Positions 11,420 to 22,392 of a stretch of DNA of 64,000 nucleotides are shown here, one piece after another. The position numbers and the translations under genes were made by a program. Position 1 is the stretch's first letter; every line of letters begins with the position of its first letter. The notes under the pieces are model-generated. The model was not told the origin of the DNA and ran no database searches. It was given only the letters and a program-made list of their open reading frames with translations. The stretch is from NCBI RefSeq assembly GCF_009914755.1, contig NC_060926.1, one strand, 5' to 3'. The stretch is from the human T2T-CHM13v2.0 reference genome, Homo sapiens.

Positions 11420-13819
11420 TGTTGTAGGACTTTTCCTCAGTTCAGCTAAATACGGGGTTTTTGTCCATCCCATGGCCATGAAAATTTAGGCTCCCAGACA
11501 GTTTAAAGAATGAGTAAAGTAGGTTTTTATTGGGTGAAAAGTTAAAAAAAAAAGGGGGAAACAGGGACTCTGACAAGGCCAGACTCCCTCCGCTAGAGGG
11601 CTTCTGGTTGGGCAGTTTAAATCCCAGGTTTCACGCAGGAAGAGGAGGGGCCAGGCTCCTCCCCACTGCAAAAGGTGTGTGAACTTCCTGAGGCTCCACT
11701 TCAGTGGGCAGGCTGGTTGGAGTTTCTTTAGGAACTCCCTTCCCATCTGGCTGTCTCATTCTCCCATCTAAAGAAGTATATCTAACTGCTGTTAGATTAA
11801 GGAAAAGGACAAAGACAGATCTTAACTCCTTCCTGCTGACTGGGGGTGCTGTTTTGGAGAAACGGCAGTTAGAGCTCCCTCACAGGCCTGTGTAAGGGTT
11901 CCCAGCAGGAGGGGCCATCCTCTGAGCCTCCGTTTGCATGATCATTTGGAGTTTGATGGCCTGAAGGCAGGAACAGACAGACAAACTAGGTTATTAGAAA
12001 ACATGTATTAAAACAAAACAGAGGGAGGGGTAAGAACAGCTCAAAAATCCTGAGGCCTTTTACCAGTTTGCATGGGGAGAGGGAGGGCAAAAGCCTGACT
12101 GGTAAAAAAACTTCACCCTTTTGCCATCTTATTGGGCTCTTGAGTTCCTTTCCCCTGAGCCCAATCCTAAGCCAACCAGTTTAAGGTTTGGGAAATTAAC
12201 TCTTTCCAGTTTGGAGGATGCAGCTGAGGGGGGTGTCCCATAGTATAGAGATACAATTACCTGTCAGTGAAGAGAGGACAGAGGAGGAGAGAGGAAAAAA
12301 GAAAGGATTTTTTAAAAGGAGTCACAGGGATTCAGGATGCATTTGAAAGGGGTACACACTGAAGATGAATGGCTACCCATCTAGAAAGAGGGGAGAAGGC
12401 ATCCTTGGTTCCCTTCTCTTCCTAGCAGATACCCCTTCTCTTCCTAGCAGATACCCAGGGTATGTGAGGGAGAGAGGAAGGAGCATTCTCTTTCCATCTT
12501 CCATCCTTGTATCCCCAAGTTCCAGTGAACTTGGCAGGTCTCCCCATAATTGCCAAAGCGGTTTGTACCCATGAAGCAGGGAGGGCCTGGAAAATAAAAA
12601 TTATCACTCTCACCTATTCCTCTGAGCCCTGTACTGTTAGTAGCCTTGGAATTCCCTAGATCTCATTTATGCCTTTGGTACTAATGAGGCCTTTATCCAT
12701 GAAACAGGAAGCTTGGGCTTGGCTTAATTGACAGAAATCATCCATACTCACCTGTGCTGTGCCTTTTAACCTCTGTTGTCATTTGCCTCTAGATCCCTTA
12801 GATCCAGTTTTCTTTTCTAGGGCTTTGACCCAAAGCTTGGAATTGAGTCTGGGACAAAAACGTGTCTCTCAGGGTGTTGGATGGACTCGTTATCATAAAC
12901 CAAATGCTAAGCAGAAACTGTGGAACTGAGTCCTCCTCCAACAAGGGAGAAGAAAGGATATTTTGTGACACATCCAGATAAATGGAAGCTAGCTATAGTT
13001 AGGCTTGCTACGATTTGGGTGCATGGTGCTTGGCTTTGGTTAGTTCCCTTAGTTTTACTTTCCCAACAAGGAAACCACTGGGTGATGGACACCCTATTTA
13101 TTCTATCACCTGGCAGGATTTGCAAGATAATTGCTCAGAACTAGAATATTGATCCGGATTTCTACATTACCAATTCATTTTGCTCTTTCTGAGCTGCACC
13201 CAGGGATTGCTGGTTGGTTTACAGGAACAAGCAGGGTAGTCTAAAATGTAGGTGAAAACTTAAAAACAACTAGTAAATTTAGAATTTAGTGGCAAATGTA
13301 TGATAAGTTTTGGAACATAATTTATCTCTCTCCAGTCCTCATTTTTGTTAAAAAAATAAAAAATTATGATAAGGGTTTCCTCCAACCTCAGAAGTCTGAG
13401 GATGAAAAGTCTTAGAAGCAACAGTGAGGTTTTGAGTCTCCATTTTACTCGCTTTTGGAGTCCCCACATTGTGTACCAAAAATGTTGCAGGACTTTTCCT
13501 TAGTTCATCTGAAGACTGGGTTCTTGTCCTCCCCACAGCTGTTAAAATGTAGGCTCGCAGATGGTTTAAAGAGTGAGTAAAGCAGGGTTTCACTGGGTTT
13601 TTAAAAGGGGAAAAAAGGGGGGAAACAGGGACTCTTGCAAGGCCAGAGTCCCTCTGCTAGAGCACGTCCCACCAGGCAGTTCGAATCCCAGGTTCCACAC
13701 AGGAAGAGAAGGGGCCAGGCTCTTCCCCTCTGCAAAGGGTATGAACTTCCTGAGGCTCCACCTTAGTGGGCAGGCTGGTTGGAGTTTCTCCAGGGTCCCT
13801 ATCCCAACTGGCTGTCTCA
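11420..13819 (-). mobile_element. MER61-like (MER4-group ERV1) provirus: 3' LTR 11420-11758, ~1.7 kb deleted internal region, 5' LTR 13483-13819
   Basis: Two homologous ~338-bp LTRs, reverse strand TGAGACAGCCAG ... GGAAAAGTCCT(A/G)CAACA. PBS-like TGGTACACAATGTGGGG after the 5' LTR; PPT-like AGATGGGAGAA before the 3' LTR. Confidence 0.88.
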
Positions 13820-14324
13820 AAATCAGTACTAGCCAGGTGGCTTTCACGATCAGCTTTCCAATTTATCATAATCCTGGATCTCCTAGAATTGATTATAGTC
13901 ATGGATGCCAACTTATACTTACTAATCTCACACTAAAAATACCCATAAGAGAATAAAATATGAATGTGCATGTCAATTAATTCATCTACCCTGAGTAATA
14001 TAACTGTCAAGAAAGCCAGAACCTTGTGTCAATCTTACCAGAAGTTTTTCTTCCTAAAGGCAAATTATTTTGGAAACTAAACAACATAAAGACACTAGGT
14101 AAAAATGAAATCAAAGATAATTACTATGTCTCACATATAAAAAGGCATTTTAATGCCTTTAGTTTCCCAGAAAAACTAGAATATAAAAGGTAAAATTAAC
14201 CATTAGATAATGTGTGTAAAGACCTGCAATATGTAATTATTTAGCATTTCCCAAAGCTTTATATTTTTATTTCTAGCAGTGACAAACGGATACAATTTGA
14301 TAACGACATAATAGCATGGTGTGG

Positions 14325-14595
14325 TCACATAGTGGTTGAACATATGTGTTTTGATGTCAGACACCTGTCTGACCTATATTGTAGATCAGTATTCTAGAGC
14401 TAGAATTTGTTAATTGGAGGATTTTGGATAAGTTTCTCTATCTCCCCAAGCTTCACTTTCCTTATTCACAAAATGAAAAAAAAAAAAATACAAAGATGAG
14501 TCTTAGTTTACTGTCAGGTTTAAATGATGTATGTAGCTTCTAATTTTCCACCACCGCATTTGACATGTAGTAATTGGTCAACATAGTTACTGAAC
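14325..14595 (+). mobile_element. MIR (degraded)
   Basis: catagtggttgaacatatgtgttttgatgtcagacacctg ... ttggataagtttctctatctccccaagcttcactttccttattcacaaaatg. Confidence 0.65.
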
Positions 14596-16759
14596 ACATG
14601 GTTATCTGTGATGTCATAACAACTAGTGGACATGCTTTCAAGTAGGACATATGACCTGAGAGATGGATAGTTTATCATCGAAGAATACAATGTGGAGCTG
14701 TACTTATGGGGCTCAGGCTCATAGACTCTGAGGTCTGGAAGTTGAAAATGACTTACAAGTCAATTTTAAGCACCTTTACAAATGAGCCTTGGGTTACAGG
14801 ATTGTTTTTTGTATTTATGCTGATTTTGTGTGTATTCAGTGTGCAAACCTAACCTTTCTTATATTCTTTAAAAAGGAGCTGTGATGTGAGTCAATTCAAT
14901 TTACTAAGCATCAGAGCGTCCTGTTATCTAGCATGACAGTCACAAAGGGGAATGAAGCAAGGGCTCTGCCTTAAAAGGAGATCTTTAATCAGAAATGATA
15001 GTAATACACTGTGAGATTGAAATAACAAGAGTAGGCACAGGGTTTTTTGCACACAAAGAGAAGAGTGGAAAAATCTTGTGAGCGGAAATAATAAAAACTT
15101 ATTACTTTAGGAGTTTAATGGATCTGAAAAAAAAAAAAAAAAACAGTCTTTGAGGAAAAACCAGGAGCTGACATTATGTGAGATTTCAAGGATACCCAAA
15201 AGCTCACTTGAGTAGAGTCTTGTTTGGGACTCAGCATACTGAGTGGGGTAAGCTGTAAAGAGGCCAGACCCTAAAGGACCTTAGATACCATATGCTGAAG
15301 ATTGGGAGGACGTTTGGGAGAAGCGGGAATGACAAGTAAGCTTGGGAGCCATGGTGTGCCGAGCTCACCAGTGGAGCACAGTTTGCACGCCATGCAGCAT
15401 GCCAGCTTCGGAAGATTTTCTCACTGTGAGTATGGAGGTGTTTTTTTTCACCTATGTGTAACCTTTATGTTCAATAGAAAGAAATAAGAAACGGGAAATA
15501 AAACTTCGTAAATGTGTGTTCCAGTACTCAGATCCCTACTAATACCCTTGGGAAAGTCACTATGGGAGTCAAAGAAGAATGATCATTACATCCACCTACT
15601 GGTACAAAAGATCACATTTCATTCCATCTAAAATAGGTGAAATAAATTTAAAAATTCGAATCATTTAAAATGGCAGTAAACAAATGCAAGTAATAATGAC
15701 TGTCCCCCCAAAAAAGAAATATGAATCACTTCAAAGTTTTATCTTTTTGGAGTATAACATCAAGGTACTTTAAAGCACTTGGAGGTTTATCCGCACATAA
15801 ATATGAACAGCTAAAGAAGAACAGCACGTTTCAATGGGTATTGTGAAAACAATGAATTTCCAAAACAAAGGGTAAGGTAAAGGCAAATAATATTCCCCAA
15901 TACACGATTTCTAACGTTCCTAAAGTAGCACTAATTTGGATATGTTCAATATTTTTAAGCATCTTTACATATGTTTATAATTTGTCTGACATTCTAGATG
16001 GACATCAGACAACCTCCACTGAATCCTAACCAGAACCTATGAGGCTACTGAAAAGTTGTGCGATCCTGCATAACTTCTGTCACGCCTGAAAACCTCAGGA
16101 CACTGAACTTCTCATCTGGAAAAAAATAAAACTTTTTACCTATAAAGTTGGGAGGATTAATTAAGACAGTACATGTACTGTATAATATTTAACCCAGGGT
16201 CTTGTGTATACCTGTTAAGCAAAAAACATATATGGTATTTTTATTATAATTTATTTCATGTTATTTAATTATCAAATATCAAGCAAGAAATGTTTTATTA
16301 TAGCATGTTTTAGATAAGAAAACTGAAGCTCAGGAAGGCCAAATGTTTTTTTTTCAGTTTCACAGCAGTGCTAAAACCAGAAACCATTGCTCTGATTCTA
16401 TACCTAGAACTGCCCTCGCTCTCTTAGACAGACTGAGGAGGTGGGTCATTTGCCTTCAGTGGAAGACCTCTTTCACAAAGCCAATGTGCTACAATGGGGA
16501 TGTGCAGATATTCATGCATGTCCCTCCAAGACTTAGCATCCTGAAGACCCACCTGTTGGTCAGTATTTCTTATTTTGCTAATGCCAAAACATTTTGACAT
16601 TTCCAATTCATGTCATCTGACTCTAAAACTCAAACTTACATTTCAAAATAAATTTTATTTAGTCCCACATAAAAAAGTACCATATAAATCTAAAAAACAA
16701 AGCACAAACACAAGTGCAGAAAAAAAATGCCATATCATGACTAATAGAAATGAGTTTTA

Positions 16760-17997
16760 TTTATCAGCTGAAGGAGCTCTTGGGCTGAGACTACGGGATT
16801 TTCCAGATACAGAATCATGTCATCTGCAAACAGCAATAGTTGGACTTCCTCTTTTCCTATTTGGATGCCTTTTATTTCTTTCTCTTGCCTTATTGCTCTG
16901 TCCAGGGCTTCCAATACTCTGATGAATAGAAGTGGTGAGAAAGGGCATCCTTACCTTGTGCCAGTTTTCAAGGAGAATGCTTCCAGTTTTTGCCCGTTCA
17001 GTATGACGTTGGCTGTGAGTTTATCATAGACGGCTCTTATTATTTTGAGGTATTTTCCTTCAATACCTAGTTAATTGAGAATTTTTAACATGAAGGGATG
17101 TTGAATTTTATTTAAGGCCTTTTCTGCAACTATTGAGATAATTGTGTTTTTGTCTTTAGTTGTTTACGTGATAAAAAACATTTATTGGTTTGCATATGTT
17201 GAAACAACCTTGCATCCCGGGGATGAAGCCTATTTGATTGTGGTGGATTAGCTTTTTGAGGTGCTGCTGGATTTGATGTGACAGTATTTTGTTGAGGATT
17301 TTTGTGTCAATGTTCATCAAAGATATTGGCTTGAGGATTTATTTTTTGTTGTGTTTCTGTCACATTTTGGTATCAGGATGATGCTGCCCTCATAGAATAA
17401 GCTGGGGAGGAGTCTCTCATTTTCAATTTTTTTTAGAATAGTTTCAGTGGGAATGATACAAGAAGACCTGGCTCTTCTTGTACATCTTGTAGAATTCGTC
17501 TGTGAATCCATCTGGTCCTGGGCTTTTTTTGGTTGGTAAGCTATTTATTACTGATTCAACTTGGGAACTTGCTGTTGGTCTATTCAGGGAATCAATTTCT
17601 TCCTTGAAATTCAATCTTGGGAGAGTGTATGTGTCCAGGAATTCATGCATCTCTTCTAGGTTTTCTAGTTGTGTGCACAGAGGTGTTTGTAGTAGTTTCT
17701 GACAGTTTTTATTTCTGTTGGGTCAGCGGTAATATCCTCTTTGTCATTTCTAATTGTGTTTATTTGGATCTTCTCTCTTTCCTTCTTAATTAATCTAGCT
17801 AGCAGACTATCTATCTTATTAAGTATTTGAAAAAAACAGCTATTGAATTTGTTGATCTTTTGAATATTTTATTGTGTCTCTGTATGCTTAGTTAAGCTCT
17901 GATTTTGGTTATTTCTTGTCTTATGCTAGCTTTGTGTCTGATTCATTCTTGCATCTCTATTTCTTTCAGTTGTTGTTAGGTAGTTAAATCGAGGTAG
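16760..17997 (-). mobile_element. Inverted 5' segment of an L1PA (ORF2 region)
   Basis: Antisense ORF2. Track peptides [18 protein letters not shown] and FYEGSIILIPK are L1 ORF2 motifs. Confidence 0.93.
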
Positions 17998-20085
17998 GTC
18001 TCAGGATACAAAATCAATGTTCAAAAATCACTAGAATTCGTATATACCAGCAACAGCCAAGCCAAGGGCCAAAGCAGAAAGACAATCCCATTCACAATTG
18101 CCACAAAAAGAGTAAAATACCTAGGTATACAGCTAAACAGGGAGGTTAAAGATCTGTACCATCAGAATTACAAAACACTGCTGAAAGAAATTAGAAGAGA
18201 CAAACGGGAAAACATTCTATGCTCATGAATAGGAAAAATCAAGATTATTAAAATCACCATATTGCCCAAAGTAATTTACAGATTAAATGCTATTTCTATC
18301 AAACTACCAATGAAATTCTTCACAGAACTAAAAAAAAAAAACAACTATTTTAAAATTAATACAGAACCAAAAAAGAGCTCAAATAGCCAAAGCAATACTA
18401 AACAAAAAGAACAAAGCTGGAGGCAGCACATTACCCAAGTTCAAACTATGCTACAGGACTACAGTAACCAAAACAGCATGGTACTGGTACAAGAAAAGAC
18501 ACATTGACCAGTGGAACAGAATAGAGAGCTTAGAAACAAGGCTGCACATCTATGACCATCTGACAAAAACAAGTGATGGGGAAAAGACTTCCTATTCAAT
18601 AAAAGGTGCTAGGATAACTGGCTAGCTGTATGCAGAAGATTGAAGCTGGGCCCCTTCCTTTCGCCATATACAAAAATCAATTCCAGATGGGTTAAATACT
18701 TAAATTTAAAATGAAAAACTATAAAAACTCTGGGAGAAAACCTAGGCAATACCATCTTAGTCATAGGATTGGGCAAAGATTTCAAGACAAAGACACCAAA
18801 AGCAATTGCAACAAAAGCAAAAATTGGCAAGTGGGATCTAATTAAACTTAGGAGCTTTTGCACAGCAAACCAAACTATCAACAGAGTAGACAGATAACCT
18901 GCAGAATGGGAGAAAACACTTGCAAACTATGCATCTGACAAAGTTCTAGTATCCAGTATCTGTAAGGAACTTAAATAGGCGATACAATCTTAGACATAGG
19001 ATTGAGCAAAGATTTCAAGACAAAGACACCAAAAGCAATTGCAACAAAAGCAAAAATTGACAAGCGGGATCTAATTAAACTTAAGAGGTTCTGCACAGTA
19101 AACTAAACCTTCTACAGAGTAGACAGATAACCTACAGATTAGGAGAAAACACTTGCAAGATATGCATCTGACAAAGTTCTAGTATCCAGCATCTGTAAGG
19201 AACTTAAACAAATTTAGAGGAGAAAAACAAATAACCCCATTAAAAAGTGGGCAAAGGACATGAACAGACACTTCTCAAAAGAAAACATACATGCAACCAA
19301 CAAGCATATGAAACAAAGCTCAATATCACTGAGCGTTAGAGAAATGATAATCAAAACCACAATGATACCATCTCACACCACTCAGAATGGCCATTATTAA
19401 AACGTCAAAAACTAACAGATACTGACAAGCTTATGGAGAAAAGGGAACACTTATACAATGTTGGTGGGAGTGAAAATTAGTTCAACCATTGTGGAAAGCA
19501 GTATGGCAATTCCAAAAGAGCTTAAAGCAGAACTACCATTTGACCCAGCAGTCCTATTACTGGGTATACACCCAGAGGAATATATATCCTTCTACTATGA
19601 AATGCTTGCATGCTAATGTTCACTGCATTGCTATTCACAATAGCAAGAACATGGAATCAACCTAAATGACCATCAGTGGTAGACTGGATAAAGAAAATAT
19701 GATATTTATACACCATGAAATACTATGCAGTCATAAAAAAAAGAATGAAATCATGTCTTTTGCAAGAACATGGATGGAGCTGGAAGCTATTACCCTCAGC
19801 AAACTAATGCAGGAACAGAAAACCAAATACTACATTTTGGCTTATAAGTGGAAGCTAAATGAAGAGGACTCATGAATACAAAGAAGAGAACAACAGACAC
19901 TGAGATCTACTTGAGAGTGGAGGGTGGTAGGAGGAAGAGGGTCAGAAAAAATAACTGTTGGGTACTAGGTTTAATACCTGGGTGCTGAAATAACCTGTAC
20001 AACAAAGTTGTGTGACATGAGTTTACTTATATAACAAACCTTCACATGTATCCCCAAACCTAAAATAAAAGATAAAAAATAAAAG
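17998..20085 (+). mobile_element. L1PA (about PA10-PA13) ORF2 3' half, 3' UTR and A-rich tail
   Basis: gtctcaggatacaaaatcaatg ... peptides [16 protein letters not shown] and NEIMSFARTWMELEAITLSKL ... ends cctaaaataaaagataaaaaataaaa. Confidence 0.95.
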
Positions 20086-20964
20086 GAAAATCAGTAGGGT
20101 TTTATTAAAACAGCAGGCACTCAGAGACCAGCGCAGGCTTAATTACAGTTTCAGTAGCATTTGCTTTAATTGGAAGAATAAAAGAAGTGAAGTGGAGTGA
20201 ATGAAGAAATTAGCATATCTATCACTGTTGTCACATTGTACTGTTTGCTTCTTCCTGTCTCTGAAGCTGCGCTGAACCCTGGAAAAAAATGTGGCATGGC
20301 AATCAGCAAATCCTCAGGCTCCACCTTTGTGAAATTCTAATTAAAGTATTTTATAATCTTAAAGAAATAAGTTTTGGATTATGCATGGTAAAAATTACTT
20401 AATTTCTAAGATTAAGGAAGTAAAAATGAAATCAATATCATGTGTGCATATGTTTATATATATATAAATTGTCTCATATTTCTTGACAAGAAAATGTGTA
20501 TGATAATTCCTCCATTTTGTGTTCCCCATGAAATCTGAATATAATTTGGGAATTTGAGCTGGAAGTGATATAGACAGTAAGATGAAAATAACTCCCATTA
20601 ATCACTCTGATGGGCGTTTCTCCTTGTCTATGTGCAAATTTCCAGTGATAGAGTGGGCTGTCTCTCTAACTTCTCAGCCTCATAATCAGCGCATCAACTG
20701 AACTAAAGGTCTTATTTTCTGTAATCAAGTTTCAGGGAGCCATAATGCTATTCATGAACTCTAGAAAAAGTAAGATTTGCAATTAGGTGATGCAATTCTA
20801 TTGTAGCCAATACTAAATGGGTGCACCAGAGTAGACTGGTTATTGGCACATTTCATTGTTAGCCATCTAGTATTCATTAGCATATAAAGTATGTTAATAT
20901 ACATGTTCATGTGAGTAGATGTACATGTATATTTTAACAATGTTGAATATTTGATATTCTAAAG

Positions 20965-21158
20965 TGATACAATCCAGTAGAATGTTCAGCTATTATATTA
21001 GAAAAATGTTCATTGTCTATACTGTTCAGTACAGTAGCCACTAGTATACGTTGCTGTTGAGCATTGTAGCTACTGGGACAAAGGAAATGAATTTTAATCC
21101 TATTTAATAAATTTAAATTGCTACATGTGGGTAGGAGATGCCATATTAATTGGTGCAT
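20965..21158 (+). mobile_element. MER3 (hAT-Charlie DNA transposon)
   Basis: tccagtagaatgttc ... aaatgttc ... tactgttcagtacagtagccactag ... ctacatgtgg matches the MER3 layout. Confidence 0.7.
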
Positions 21159-21161
21159 TCC

Positions 21162-21467
21162 TTTTTCTTTTTCTTTTTGTTTTTTTTGAGACAGAGTTTT
21201 GCTGTATCACCTAGGCTGGAGTGCAATGGTGCCATCTAGGCTCACTGCAACCTCCGCCTCCGGAGTTTAAGTGATTCTCCTGCCTCAGCCTCCTGAGTAG
21301 CTGGGACTACAGGTGCCTGCTGCCACACCTGGCTAATTTTTGTATTTTTAGTACAGACAGGGTTTCACTATGTTGGCCAGGCTGGTCTCAAACTCCTGAC
21401 CTCGTGATCCACCCATCTCAGCCTCCCAAAGTGCTGGGATTACAGGCGTGAGCCACTGAGCCTGGCC
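21162..21467 (-). mobile_element. Alu (AluSg/Sc-like) with 14-bp TSD
   Basis: Diagnostic gacctcgtgatcc. TSD aattggtgcattcc (21148-21161) / aagtggtgcatttc (21468-21481). Confidence 0.97.
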
Positions 21468-21537
21468 AAGTGGTGCATTTCTAGATAAATTATTTATTTA
21501 TTTTAACTCAAATTAAACTTTCTGTAGAGTTGGGTAG

Positions 21538-21630
21538 ATTATATTCTTATATATTATTCTTTATATATTATTATATATAAATATTTTATATTTATATATT
21601 CTTTAATATTCTTATATATTATTGATATTC
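21538..21630. repeat. AT-rich low-complexity tract
   Basis: Degenerate TATATTCT-like repeats. Confidence 0.75.
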
Positions 21631-22392
21631 TAATGCAAAAAAAACAAGAAGTGTATTGAATATTTACCAGTGAATATGCTCATGTACCTTCAATTTCAAA
21701 TGATTTCAAATGATTTGAAATTGAGGGTAAGATTTGTGGCGCTAATTGTCGTTCTTTTTCATTGATGATCCCTGATTTTTCAATTAAAAAATAGTCCAAT
21801 AATAAAAAAAAGAAAAGGACTAACAAGAGGTCTTTGACCACTTATGGAGAACTTATAAAGCTTTTGCAAAATTTTGACTCCTTAAATGATTGTCTGAATA
21901 GTTCATTTAACAAAAAGTAAATATCATTTCTCCAATTTAATTGGCGTGCAGAAACTGTAACAGGCCTGGGATTTTCAGACAATTTCTAATACCACTATCA
22001 TAACTTTGAACTACTTATTGGCTAATATTTGCTATTTAGGTTTTCCTTTGGTTTCAAACCTTTTGAAGACTGATCTAAGTGCTAAATACTCTTAGATGAT
22101 GTCATTTTAATTATGTAGGTTACCATTATATCTAAACAGAGTAACAGTATTAGTAATACCATCAAGGTTTGTTATTCATAGGCATTATTAAAACATAAAT
22201 ATTCAAATCAAATTGTAGGTGAATGTTCTAAATATTATATAACTCAAAGCCCAATTTTTAATTTCTCTTTCTTGGCATTATATTACTCAATTGAATTATG
22301 TATTATTTCAAGAGTAAAATATAGTATAATATTTTATTGTTAGAAAAGCTCCTAATACCACATACAGAAGGTTATTAATACATTTCTTTCAG

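Noticed and set aside
13573-13956. 127-aa ORF
   Set aside because: It runs antisense through the MER61 LTR, and the homologous frame is not preserved in the other LTR
16166-16181. Perfect 16-bp palindrome acagtacatgtactgt
   Set aside because: About one such palindrome is expected by chance in 64 kb
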